A stretch of DNA of 40,650 nt from an uncultured Candidatus Saccharibacteria bacterium (GTDB lineage: Bacteria > Patescibacteriota > Minisyncoccia > Minisyncoccales > PEYH01), in contig CAYRCT010000002.1 of NCBI GenBank assembly GCA_964422845.1, forward strand, positions 1 through 40,650, written 5' to 3'. Under the pieces are notes generated by a model. That model saw nothing but the letters and a program-made list of their open reading frames with translations, did not search any database and had not been told where the DNA came from. Below are positions 1 to 9,225 of the stretch, one piece after another (position 1 is the first letter of the stretch; each line of letters begins with the position of its first letter). The position numbers and the translations under genes were made by a program.

Positions 1-26
1 TTTAATTAAAACAATTTAAATTTATT

Positions 27-794
27 ATGCGAAATCCAGAAAACTTTGAACCACAATTAGAACCAGAATCAGAACCGCAACCAGAGTCAGAGTCAGAATC
101 AGAAACAGTGACAAATGAAGAAGAAACAGAAGTAGAATCTTCTTTAACGGAAAAACGATTTAAAGAAATAGAACAGGAAGTTGACCAAATGGACGATTTT
201 TTAGGATCTCCAGTAGATTCTGAGATAAAAGACACGGTAATTGCGTTAAATGCATGGGAACTCCCTACTTCTGCCTCTTGCGAGGGGCACGTGATACCAG
301 GGCGTGTCCCAGTTCCTTGGGTTGAGATAACAGCTCCTGATGAGCCAGAAGAGAGATTCAAGGGAGATGTAAAACTTTCTGAAGAGATAGCTAAAAAATA
401 TGATGTTTCTTCTGAAGATGTAAGGAGAAACATCCATCCTGAAGCATATCTAGAGTGGGTAAAAAAGAGTACCAACGAAGAGACCGAAGAATACAAGGAA
501 TGGAATTTACAGAATGAAGAACTATGGCAGAGAATAAAAAAGTCCTTAAATGAATTTTATAACGAAAGAGAGAATAAGGTGGGAGAGGATAGATTAATCT
601 TAGGCGATTGGCACGATGGGTTCAGAATTTCTAATAAAAATGAGGGGCATAATCATGTTCCAGAAAATCTTTCAGAAGAGGAAAAAGAAATTTTAGGCAA
701 AAGATTAAAAATTCGTCAAAAAGAAATGCAGGAATTTGCTAAATTTTTGAAAAAAAATTATCCAAAATATATTTCTGGAAAAACAAAGGTTTAA
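27..794 (+). CDS. hypothetical protein with acidic low-complexity N-terminus
   Basis: 255-aa ATG ORF, unbroken in AT-rich DNA. The N-terminal tract is EPQLEPESEPQPESESESE. I can assign no catalytic motif. Confidence 0.5.
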   Translation: MRNPENFEPQLEPESEPQPESESESETVTNEEETEVESSLTEKRFKEIEQEVDQMDDFLGSPVDSEIKDTVIALNAWELPTSASCEGHVIPGRVPVPWVEITAPDEPEERFKGDVKLSEEIAKKYDVSSEDVRRNIHPEAYLEWVKKSTNEETEEYKEWNLQNEELWQRIKKSLNEFYNERENKVGEDRLILGDWHDGFRISNKNEGHNHVPENLSEEEKEILGKRLKIRQKEMQEFAKFLKKNYPKYISGKTKV

Positions 795-854
795 ATGTTA
801 TTAAATTGTAATCTTTAAAAGGTCGGATTAGATAATTATTAATTTTAAATAAAT

Positions 855-2342
855 ATGACCAATCAAGAGAAACCATTACCAGAATCAGGGAGGGAGACAG
901 AGGGGGCAGTCGAGGAAGATGAGGCAAGAGTCGAGGAAGAGGCAATCTTTGATGAATTGAGCAGAGAGAGAGACACTAGTCTGTTTGAAAAATATTCGGA
1001 GAAGATGGAGTTTAGCGATGATTTAAAAGAGACTGTTGATAAACATCTTTTATGGGAAGCAGACGAATCAAAAGAAGAATTCGTTACTACTTGGGCTGAA
1101 GACAATAGAGAGAGAATAAAGGGCGATAAGGGGGTGGATATAGAAGAATGGGATATGCCTGCTAAATTCAAATTGTGCGAAGAGCAAGGAGGATTTGAGA
1201 AACTAAAGACAGACGAACAATACCAAGAGCAGTATGACGAGATTAAGAACATAGACACGCTCTTATATGACTTAAAAAAGGATAATATTCCGGCAGATAG
1301 TCAAATTTTAATCTTAAATAGATTGAGTCACAGGGTAGAAAAGACGGAAAATGAGTTAGACGAGGCCCAAAAACAAGGTAAAGAGATAGAAGCAATAGCT
1401 AAGGAGGGAGAGTTAAGAGAATTATTGCAAGCGACTCAAGAGATAAGTCAAAAATTTAGCAAAGACGACTTAGAGAAGACAGCTGAAGATGAAGGACTTA
1501 AATCATTGATTAAGTCCTTTGGCGGGAAAGAAGATTATACTAATGATAGGTTCTCCAAAGAAAGAGATGATTATGTTGATGAGAATTTAGAAAACGAGTT
1601 AGAAAAAGCGGGAGAAAACGGAGGATATCTGCAGGTCTTGGGTTACAGTATGGAGACAAAGGGGTTTTTAAGAAAGAAAACAATTATTACAAACGAGAAA
1701 GGAAATGTAGTTCGTACTTTCGCGAGACCAGAAGGAGCGGTTCAGTTTTTAAAAATAAAAGGAGAAGGAAAAATAAGGGAAGATTTAAAGAAGCAATTTG
1801 AAGAAGAAATAGGCAAAGACTGGGAAGATTTAAAAACAGTCGAGATTGAAAAAGCTATGCGTCTAGAGGTTAAGAATTTTGCTCACTCTCCAGAGAAAGC
1901 AGAAAAAGGCATTGAGTTCTTATATCAGGAGGCGAGACAGAAGTTAATTCAAGAATTTAAAGAAAAGGAATTACAGAAAGACTTTAAGGATGAGAAGAAA
2001 GAAAAGAGTGAAAGAAAAAAAGAGAAAGATATAGAAAGCAAAGAAGATAAAAAAGAAGCAGGAGAATCTGTGGAGAAATTTACAAAAGATTTATTAGAAG
2101 GAGAAGGCCCGTTTAAGAATTTGGAGGGCAGATGGGCTACTGATGAAAACGAGATAAGAAAATTTTGTGATAGCATAGGTCTTTCTACAGAAGCTTTAGA
2201 TCCTGTCGAAGGGGAAATGCGTAAGAAAGGAATGGTTTATGAAAAGAGGAAAGGAATAGGATTGATAGCATTTTTTATAGAACTTTTCTTTCAGTTAATG
2301 CAAGCCATTGCTAAAGAGGAAGAGAAAAAAATAAAGGAATAA
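855..2342 (+). CDS. hypothetical Glu/Lys-rich coiled-coil protein with C-terminal hydrophobic helix
   Basis: 495-aa ORF, highly charged (E/K/D) throughout. It ends in the hydrophobic segment GIGLIAFFIELFFQLMQAI. No recognisable family. Confidence 0.5.
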   Translation: MTNQEKPLPESGRETEGAVEEDEARVEEEAIFDELSRERDTSLFEKYSEKMEFSDDLKETVDKHLLWEADESKEEFVTTWAEDNRERIKGDKGVDIEEWDMPAKFKLCEEQGGFEKLKTDEQYQEQYDEIKNIDTLLYDLKKDNIPADSQILILNRLSHRVEKTENELDEAQKQGKEIEAIAKEGELRELLQATQEISQKFSKDDLEKTAEDEGLKSLIKSFGGKEDYTNDRFSKERDDYVDENLENELEKAGENGGYLQVLGYSMETKGFLRKKTIITNEKGNVVRTFARPEGAVQFLKIKGEGKIREDLKKQFEEEIGKDWEDLKTVEIEKAMRLEVKNFAHSPEKAEKGIEFLYQEARQKLIQEFKEKELQKDFKDEKKEKSERKKEKDIESKEDKKEAGESVEKFTKDLLEGEGPFKNLEGRWATDENEIRKFCDSIGLSTEALDPVEGEMRKKGMVYEKRKGIGLIAFFIELFFQLMQAIAKEEEKKIKE

Positions 2343-2367
2343 AAAGCAAAAAAATAATCAAAACAAT

Positions 2368-2580
2368 ATGACTAATCTTTTGATCAATAACTCGGGTTTG
2401 ACCAAATCTATTGAGGAGGCCAATATTGAGCAAGCTGATAAAGATTTTTTGCTTTCTAAATTACCAGAGATGGACGAGAAAACAAGAATATCGCTTTTTA
2501 AAACTCTAGGCGAGATTTGTCTTTTAGACGCAGAAGAAGAACAAGCCAAAGAGAGGATAAGAAAGCACTGGGTGAAATAG
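2368..2580 (+). CDS. small hypothetical protein (70 aa)
   Basis: ATG ORF 26 nt after the previous gene on the same strand. No motif recognised. Confidence 0.35.
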   Translation: MTNLLINNSGLTKSIEEANIEQADKDFLLSKLPEMDEKTRISLFKTLGEICLLDAEEEQAKERIRKHWVK

Positions 2581-2589
2581 CGCTTAATT

Positions 2590-4509
2590 TTAGAGATTAT
2601 TAAGCGCGACTTGTATAAATTGATTCCAGATGGGGCCGGCTATGGTGACTCCGGGTTTTCGAGCAGTGGAGCTATTGTCATTGTTTCCGGTCCATACGCC
2701 TACTGCTATAGAGTGGGTGTAACCAATAGTCCAGGCGTCTCTATACCCATCCGTAGTTCCTGTTTTGGCAGCTACCCAATTGTTTGGGAAATAAAGACGT
2801 GATTTTGCTCCGAACATTGGAGTTCTTGCCACATTGTCAGAAAGAATATCGTTAATTGTTTCGGCAATTTCTTCATTCAAAACCCGTCTTGGGGTTTTTT
2901 TGTTTTCCTCTATTATATTTCCATAACGATCTTCAATTTTCAATATGCCTGTATAAGGAATTTTAAGTCCATTGTTGGCAAAAACTCCGTAAGCAGAAAC
3001 CATGTCTATGAGTTTTACTTCTCCAGCCCCTAGAACTAACGATGGTCCATAAAATGAAGGTTTTTCATTTAGTGTAGTAATCCCTAAATCATGCGCTGTA
3101 TCAATGGTATCTCCGATACCGGCAGCAAGAAGAACTTTAATTGATGGTATATTTAAAGATTGAGCTAGTGCTTGCCGTATAGTTACTGGTCCCCTGTATA
3201 GTCCGTCATAGTTTGTTGGGATATAATCTTTGTCGCCCCATTTGCCAAAATTAGTTTTTTCATCAACGAAAATACTGTCAGGAGTGTAGCCCTTTTTAAA
3301 AGCGGTAGCATAAGCAAACGGCTTAAAGGCGGAACCTGGCTGTTGTCCTTGTCCATAAGTGGCTACATTAACTTTCGGTTCAAATTTGCAATTGAAACCC
3401 GGCGTGCAATCCTCGGGATATGGGTCAGCAAAATAATCTTTTGATCCGACCATGGCTAAAATTTCTCCATTTTTAGGATCAATGGCCACAAGGGAAGCGT
3501 TATAAGATCTATACATTTTATTTCTTTCTACTCCTTCTTTAACTGCCTTTTCTGCTGATTGTTGGAGATCCAAATTAAGAGTGGTGTAAACTTTTAAACC
3601 GTGTTCTTTTAGAAAACTGCTTCCATACTTTTGATATAAATAATTTTCAATATAAAGAATAAAATGAGCCGCTTTTCCAAAGGCAAAGCCCGGTTCAGTA
3701 AATTCAATTTTTTGTTCTTTTGCGCTTAGTGCCTGTTCTTCAGAGATATAACGCTCTTCAGTCATTCTGTTTAAGACATAATTTTTTCTATTAAGTAAGT
3801 TTTCCAGATTTGGGCCATAAGGATAATAATAGCTTGGAGCACGGATAAGCGAGGCAAGAATAGCCGCTTCAGCTATGCTAATTTCCTGTAAAGGCTTATT
3901 AAAATATGTGCTATTGGCTTCACCGACTCCGTAAATATTCGGTCCGAACGATACCTGATTAAGATACCATTCTAAGATCTGTTCCTTTGAATAACGCCTT
4001 TCAAGCTCTAGAGTAAGAATTGCTTCTCTGACTTTTCTTTGAACTGTTTTTTCAAGAGATAAAAAAGTTGAACGAATAAGTTGTTGACTAATAGTAGATG
4101 CACCCTGAACCGGCTTTCTTAATTTTATATCAATTAAAATAGCTCTACCAACAGCTCGAAAGTCTACACCTTTGTGGTTGTAAAAGTTGGCATCTTCTGT
4201 TGCTAAAACAGCATTAATGAGATGCTCTGGTATTTCAGATAAAGTAACTGTTTCTCTTTTCTCTTCTTCAAAAATAGTTCTAAGCAGAGTTTCTCCTGTG
4301 CGATCATATATTCTTGTAGGCATTACTTGTTCCCTTTCATTGAACATTTCGGGTCTAGGAAGGTCTTTAGCATAATAAATAAAAAATCCTAATCCGATAA
4401 ATCCAGTTATTAGGATAAAGAATAAAAATAAAAGCCCCAAACTTTTTATAAACCGTTTTAGCTTTGCTTTTTGGTTATATGTTTGATGATGGTAATTTTT
4501 TTGAGCCAT
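2590..4509 (-). CDS. class A penicillin-binding protein (PBP1A-type transglycosylase/transpeptidase)
   Basis: N-terminal TM helix. GT51 motifs are EDANFYNHKGVD and GASTISQQL. Transpeptidase motifs are SAFKPF (SxxK) and KTGTT. Confidence 0.9.
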   Translation of the reverse strand: MAQKNYHHQTYNQKAKLKRFIKSLGLLFLFFILITGFIGLGFFIYYAKDLPRPEMFNEREQVMPTRIYDRTGETLLRTIFEEEKRETVTLSEIPEHLINAVLATEDANFYNHKGVDFRAVGRAILIDIKLRKPVQGASTISQQLIRSTFLSLEKTVQRKVREAILTLELERRYSKEQILEWYLNQVSFGPNIYGVGEANSTYFNKPLQEISIAEAAILASLIRAPSYYYPYGPNLENLLNRKNYVLNRMTEERYISEEQALSAKEQKIEFTEPGFAFGKAAHFILYIENYLYQKYGSSFLKEHGLKVYTTLNLDLQQSAEKAVKEGVERNKMYRSYNASLVAIDPKNGEILAMVGSKDYFADPYPEDCTPGFNCKFEPKVNVATYGQGQQPGSAFKPFAYATAFKKGYTPDSIFVDEKTNFGKWGDKDYIPTNYDGLYRGPVTIRQALAQSLNIPSIKVLLAAGIGDTIDTAHDLGITTLNEKPSFYGPSLVLGAGEVKLIDMVSAYGVFANNGLKIPYTGILKIEDRYGNIIEENKKTPRRVLNEEIAETINDILSDNVARTPMFGAKSRLYFPNNWVAAKTGTTDGYRDAWTIGYTHSIAVGVWTGNNDNSSTARKPGVTIAGPIWNQFIQVALNNL

Positions 4510-4520
4510 TTAGATAGAGG

Positions 4521-4550
4521 AAAACCCCTTTGCTGGGCAAAGGGGTTTTT
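4521..4550 (-). terminator. GC-rich hairpin between small acidic ORF and PBP1A start
   Basis: AAAACCCCTTTGC-TGG-GCAAAGGGGTTTTT is a perfect 9-bp stem flanked by A and T runs on both strands. It lies 12 nt upstream of the PBP1A start codon. Confidence 0.5.
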
Positions 4551-4554
4551 GTGA

Positions 4555-4692
4555 TTAAAGCTCTTCTGTAACTTCCTCTGTTGTCTCTTCCTCAGGCTTT
4601 TCTTCTGTCTCTTCCTTGGTCTCTCCCTCAGTATCTTCTCCTGTCTCTTCCTCGTTAGTTAAGGTTTCTAAACCTTTATCTTCGTATTCCAT
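4555..4692 (-). CDS. possible 45-aa hyper-acidic peptide
   Basis: Below the ORF-track cutoff. My hand translation is MEYEDKGLETLTNEEETGEDTEGETKEETEEKPEEETTEEVTEEL*. The hairpin at 4521-4550 follows it directly. Confidence 0.3.
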   Translation of the reverse strand: MEYEDKGLETLTNEEETGEDTEGETKEETEEKPEEETTEEVTEEL

Positions 4693-4777
4693 GATTATTA
4701 AATTTTTTTAATTTTAATAGTAGATTGTAAGCGACCTTTTCCTACGTATTGCCATTATATGTATATACAAGCCTTTG

Positions 4778-5272
4778 TCAAGTGTTTTTTGGTCGTTTTG
4801 GTTTTTTAGGAAGGTAACTATAAGAAATCGCAAGACCCAGGGCATCTGCTGCATCATCTGGCCTCGGAATATCCCTGAGTTTAAGCAGAATTTTTACCAT
4901 TTTTTGAACCTGTTTTTTGTCTGCCCTGCCATAACCAACAATATTCATTTTTACCTGTAGGGGAGTGAATTCGTAGATTGGAATTCTTTTTTTGGCTGCG
5001 GCCAGAAGAACTACTCCCTTAGATTGACTTACGGGAATTAGCGTTTTTGCGTTTTTAAAAAAAAATAGCTTTTCTATTGCTAAGACGTTCGGTTTGTATT
5101 CTTTTATCAATTTGTTTATTTGATTGAAAATTTGATTTAAACGAATTTCAGGAAGATCATCAGGAGATGTTTTAATACATCCGCAAGCAATAAATGTAAT
5201 TTTTTCTTTTGTTTCTTTTATCACGCCAAATCCAGTAGTGGCTGTTCCCGGATCTATGCCTAGAATAATCAT
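4778..5272 (-). CDS. ruvC: crossover junction endodeoxyribonuclease RuvC
   Basis: MIILGIDPGTATTGFGVI is the RNase H-fold N-terminus typical of RuvC. Length is 164 aa. An ATGA overlap joins it to the upstream yebC-like gene. Confidence 0.92.
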   Translation of the reverse strand: MIILGIDPGTATTGFGVIKETKEKITFIACGCIKTSPDDLPEIRLNQIFNQINKLIKEYKPNVLAIEKLFFFKNAKTLIPVSQSKGVVLLAAAKKRIPIYEFTPLQVKMNIVGYGRADKKQVQKMVKILLKLRDIPRPDDAADALGLAISYSYLPKKPKRPKNT

Positions 5273-5985
5273 TGTTTTACATTAGAGAATACTTCATGTA
5301 CATCATCATTGTCTTCCAAGTCAGAAAATAATTTTTTTATAGAATCATTTTCTTTTTCGTTAACAGTTATCTCCTCTTTCGATACCCAACCTAATGTGCT
5401 TGATTCTATGCTTAAGCCACTTGTTTCTATTTCCTTTTTAATTTGCGCTAGCTTGTTTGGTTCGGTAAAAATCTCTAAAAAGTTTTTTTTCCACCTCATG
5501 TCATCAGCCCCCACTTCAATGGCTGTCATTTCTAATTTTTCTTTTTCTCTTTCTCCCTCGTCTACAACTATTATTCCCGTATTTTTAAATTGCCACTTTA
5601 CAGAGCCTTCTTCTGCTAACTTGGCATTATTTTGGCTTAAAATTTGTTTGATTTCACCCAGCGCCCGATTTTTATTGCTCGTAATTCCGATTATAATTAG
5701 AGCGCTTTTGGCTGGGCCATATGCTTCAAAACAAAACTCCTCTAGTGTTTCTCCTTCAAGCTCTCCTGTTCCCTTCTTAATAGCCCTATCAATATTCTCG
5801 TTCGGCATATTGACTCTTTTAGCTTGCTCTATTGCCATCCGTAATCCGGGATTCATATCTGAATCTCCTCCATTTTTTGCGGCGAGTGAAATAACACGAG
5901 AAAGCTTAGAGAAGATTTTCCCCCGTTTTTTGGCGGCAGCTTCTTTGGTGTGCTGAACTGTTTTAGCGTGACTATGACCACTCAT
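5269..5985 (-). CDS. YebC/PmpR family DNA-binding regulator
   Basis: The N-terminus MSGHSHAKTVQHTKEAAAKKRGKIFSKL is characteristic of the family. Length is 238 aa. It sits in the classic position next to ruvC. Confidence 0.9.
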   Translation of the reverse strand: MSGHSHAKTVQHTKEAAAKKRGKIFSKLSRVISLAAKNGGDSDMNPGLRMAIEQAKRVNMPNENIDRAIKKGTGELEGETLEEFCFEAYGPAKSALIIIGITSNKNRALGEIKQILSQNNAKLAEEGSVKWQFKNTGIIVVDEGEREKEKLEMTAIEVGADDMRWKKNFLEIFTEPNKLAQIKKEIETSGLSIESSTLGWVSKEEITVNEKENDSIKKLFSDLEDNDDVHEVFSNVKQ

Positions 5986-5997
5986 GTTTTGATTAAA

Positions 5998-6708
5998 TTA
6001 ATGTATTTTTATCTTATCCTTTTTCTGTTTAATTTTCAACCAAATAGCGAAGATAAGCATTGAAGCAAACGAAGAGACGACCAAACCGATTATTAATAGA
6101 AAAGAAAATCCTGAACCATTAGAAACCGTCGAAACTGTTTTTATATTTTTTTCTTTTGTGATTTTCGTTTTAGGACTGTTCTCTTGAGCTGGTGTGCCTC
6201 CGGTTTTCTGACTTGTTTTCCAATTGTTTGAATCTGATTCAAATAAGATTGAATCAATTCGTTCCATTGTTTTTTTAGTCTCATTACTACCGTTAAACCA
6301 ACCCAAAAGGCAATCTGTCTCATCAACTATTTCCCCAAGATTATTTAGAAGAATTAAATGCTCGCCTTGATTATTTAGTCCCCCTTTATAAATTTGGTGA
6401 GCAGAAATTTCAGGAACAGTAGTGTCATCAGTTCTCTCTAATAAAAAATAGGAGCGCGCTCCTATTTTTCCTGATAACTCTATTTTTGGACTGTCGTCTT
6501 TCGCTTTTAAAATCCACTTATCAAGCGAAATAGGCGAGTCAGTTGGATTATATAATTCAATCCACTCATTTTGCCACTGTTCTTCTGTCCCCATCCATGC
6601 GATTTCGTTAATAACGATTCTTTTTTCTTGACCTGAAACAAAATTGACTGGGAAAATAGTCAGTATTGCGAAAATTAAGAAAAGATAAGTTAAGATTTTA
6701 ATGTTCAA
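5998..6708 (-). CDS. secreted/membrane-anchored lamin-tail-domain (LTD) protein
   Basis: N-terminal signal-like helix. LTD signature is VINEIAWMGT...NEWIELYNPT...GEHLILLN. There is a C-terminal TM helix followed by a KKDK tail. Confidence 0.7.
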   Translation of the reverse strand: MNIKILTYLFLIFAILTIFPVNFVSGQEKRIVINEIAWMGTEEQWQNEWIELYNPTDSPISLDKWILKAKDDSPKIELSGKIGARSYFLLERTDDTTVPEISAHQIYKGGLNNQGEHLILLNNLGEIVDETDCLLGWFNGSNETKKTMERIDSILFESDSNNWKTSQKTGGTPAQENSPKTKITKEKNIKTVSTVSNGSGFSFLLIIGLVVSSFASMLIFAIWLKIKQKKDKIKIH

Positions 6709-7756
6709 ATAATTTTTGATTTTTAGAGAAAGGTTTTTTGAGATGTTTGTAGGCTTTTTGGGTGGCTGTTCTACCCTTGGGGGTTCGGCTTATTAAGCCA
6801 AGCTGTAGAAGATACGGTTCATAAACTTCTAAAATATTATTTTCTTCTTCAGAAGCGGTAGCTGCTAATGCTTGAAGCCCCACTGGTCCGCCTTGGAATT
6901 TTTCTATAATAATTTCTAAAAGTTTTCTATCTTTGGGCTCAAGTCCTAATTCGTCTATCTCCATTTCTTTTAGTCCGAAACGAGTGATTTTTTCATCAAT
7001 TATCCCCTTACCCTCCACTTGGGCAAAATCCCTGATTCTTTTCAAAAGTCGGTTGGCTACGCGAGGAGTAAATCTGGAACATTGACTAATAATCTCAATA
7101 GCTGATTGATCTATCTCTGTTTTTAAAACTTTAGCTGATTTTTTTATAATTTCTTGAATGTTTTTTGGCTCATAAAAATCAATTTGAAATGTAGCTCCAA
7201 ACCGACTTCTTAACGGAGACGAGAGCAGTCCGATTCTTGTTGTTGCTCCAATTAATGTAAAACGAGGAATTTCTATTTTTAATATTTTTGCCATAGGCCC
7301 TGTGCCGGTCATGATATTAAGATTAAAGTCCTCCATTGCAGGATAAATGATTTCTTCACAAATTTTATTTAATCTATGTATCTCATCTATAAAAAGAACA
7401 TCTCCGTCAGAGAGAGATGTTAAAATAGCGGCTAAATCTCCTGGTCTTTGGATTGATGGTCCAGAACTGGTTTTTATATTAGTCCCAGCTGTTTGAGCAA
7501 CAAGATGAGAAAGGGTTGTTTTTCCAAGACCGGGTCCACCGCAAAAAAGCAAATGATCAACGGCTTCCTTTCGTTCTTGAGCCGCTTTCAGCATTATTTG
7601 AATATTCCTTTTTATTTTTTCTTGACCAACAAAGTCGTCCCACTTTTTTGGTCTTAATGTTTGATCGAGAGCATGTTCCTTTTCTAGAATAGAGTATTTT
7701 TCTGAAGGAGGGGAGTTTTGAGAATCTAAGGAAGCGTTATTTTGCTTGACAATCAT
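6698..7756 (-). CDS. ruvB: Holliday junction branch migration helicase RuvB
   Basis: Walker A is GGPGLGKTT and Walker B is LFIDEIHRL. The C-terminal winged helix is YEPYLLQLGLISRTPKGR. Confidence 0.95.
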   Translation of the reverse strand: MIVKQNNASLDSQNSPPSEKYSILEKEHALDQTLRPKKWDDFVGQEKIKRNIQIMLKAAQERKEAVDHLLFCGGPGLGKTTLSHLVAQTAGTNIKTSSGPSIQRPGDLAAILTSLSDGDVLFIDEIHRLNKICEEIIYPAMEDFNLNIMTGTGPMAKILKIEIPRFTLIGATTRIGLLSSPLRSRFGATFQIDFYEPKNIQEIIKKSAKVLKTEIDQSAIEIISQCSRFTPRVANRLLKRIRDFAQVEGKGIIDEKITRFGLKEMEIDELGLEPKDRKLLEIIIEKFQGGPVGLQALAATASEEENNILEVYEPYLLQLGLISRTPKGRTATQKAYKHLKKPFSKNQKLFEH

Positions 7757-7898
7757 TTTGTTTTTTAGTATAATAATAACATCCCTGGTTGAATAGGGGT
7801 TTTTCTTAGATCGGGTAAGCTGGCTCTGGCTGGGTTATTCCTCGGGAAAATTCTGGTCTTTGTGGTTATGAAGATATTTCAGCCAGGGTTTTTGGTTT

Positions 7899-9212
7899 TT
7901 ATTCACCAGTTACCCGATTTATTTCTTCTATTGTGGTTACTCCTTGAAGAACTTTAATCAAGCCATCTTGACGCATGTATAGCATTCCGTTCTTAGATAT
8001 TAATTCTTCAATCTCAAAAATAGCTGGATTTTTTAAAATAAGCGCCTCAACCTCTTTTGTTATTAAAAATGCCTCAAAAATTCCTACTCTTCCTTTGTAT
8101 CCAGTAAAATTACAGTCTTCGCATCCTTTAATCTTAGGGATGCGAATTCCTTCTTTAATATTCAAATTAGAAAGAATAGATTTAGGCACATTTTTAAGAC
8201 TCTTTTTTATTTTTTCTTTTTCTTCTGCGGAAGCAGGCATTAAGGTCGAGCATTTTTTACAAACCTTTCTAACTAATCGCTGGGCAACTATCATATTTAT
8301 AGCAGGTCCGATATTAATAGCATTAGCGCCGAGAGAAGTAAGTCGGGGGATAGAGCCAGCTGCATCGTTGGTGTGCAAAGTGGAAAAGACTAAATGGCCG
8401 GTAAGCGCTGCTTGGAGAGAAATCTTAGCTGTTTCCAGGTCTCTTATTTCTCCTACAAGAATAACATCTGGGTCTTGTCTAACAATGGATCGTAGCCCGC
8501 TAGCAAAGTCATATCCCCTTTTAGCATTAATCTCTGTTTGAGAGGCACCTTTTAATCGGTATTCTATTGGATCTTCAATCGTAATAATCTTAATCTCTGG
8601 TTTTTGGATATACTTTAAAAAAGCATATAATGTAGTCGTTTTGCCTGAGCCAGTGGGACCAGTGATAATTATCATCCCATTGGGTTTCTGAATTTGTTTT
8701 TTGAAAAGTTCTGCAAGGTCATTTCTTAATCCAAGATCCTCTATATTTTTTAAACTTTCTGGATTTAGTATCCTCATTACTATTGATTCTCCAAAATCAG
8801 CTGGCAATGATGAGGTCCTAATTTCAATAAGTTGATCAACTTTATCTTCTGAAGGAAGCACAACCTCAAAGCTTCCGTCTTGAGGTTTATTATGAACATT
8901 TAGTTTTAATCCAGCTAAAAGTTTAATACGGGATAGCAGAAGACGATAAGTCTCGTTAGGGAGAAATAAAACATCGTGAAGCATTCCATCTAATCGTATC
9001 CTCATCTTAACTTTTTTTTCTTGTGGTTCGAAATGAATATCGGAAGCAGAGAGGTAAACACCGCCAGATAATACTACTCCTATAATATCTGTTATCTCCT
9101 TTTCTATATTTTTTTCAATCTCTTTTTGGAAAGAATCAATACCTAATACATTTTTTTTGATTGATGCAGCTTTTTCCTTAGAGATTTGTATTTTGCCGGT
9201 AACTTTAGCCAT
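7899..9212 (-). CDS. type II/IV secretion (GspE/PilB-family) ATPase
   Basis: Walker A is GPTGSGKTTT and the Asp box is EDPIEY. Walker B is PDVILVGEIRD and the His box is TGHLVFSTLHTN. The tetra-Cys motif is CKKC...CEDC. Confidence 0.85.
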   Translation of the reverse strand: MAKVTGKIQISKEKAASIKKNVLGIDSFQKEIEKNIEKEITDIIGVVLSGGVYLSASDIHFEPQEKKVKMRIRLDGMLHDVLFLPNETYRLLLSRIKLLAGLKLNVHNKPQDGSFEVVLPSEDKVDQLIEIRTSSLPADFGESIVMRILNPESLKNIEDLGLRNDLAELFKKQIQKPNGMIIITGPTGSGKTTTLYAFLKYIQKPEIKIITIEDPIEYRLKGASQTEINAKRGYDFASGLRSIVRQDPDVILVGEIRDLETAKISLQAALTGHLVFSTLHTNDAAGSIPRLTSLGANAINIGPAINMIVAQRLVRKVCKKCSTLMPASAEEKEKIKKSLKNVPKSILSNLNIKEGIRIPKIKGCEDCNFTGYKGRVGIFEAFLITKEVEALILKNPAIFEIEELISKNGMLYMRQDGLIKVLQGVTTIEEINRVTGE

Positions 9213-9225
9213 AAATAGATAAGAA

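Noticed and set aside
5309-5956. Long antisense ORFs in the six-frame track. Examples are 2-496, 863-1258, 5309-5956, 7975-8541, 27829-28227 and 28598-29050.
   Set aside because: Each lies fully inside, and opposite to, a gene with clear family motifs. Their products are low-complexity (S/F/L/I-rich) shadow translations with no motifs or independent signals.
7757-7898. A 142-nt intergenic region between the PilB-type ATPase gene and ruvB, with long-range complementarity (CTGGCTG / CAGCCAG), as a possible ncRNA.
   Set aside because: There is only one short stem and no match to any RNA family signature I know (SRP, RNase P, 6S). It is most simply the ATPase gene's terminator region plus the ruvB promoter.
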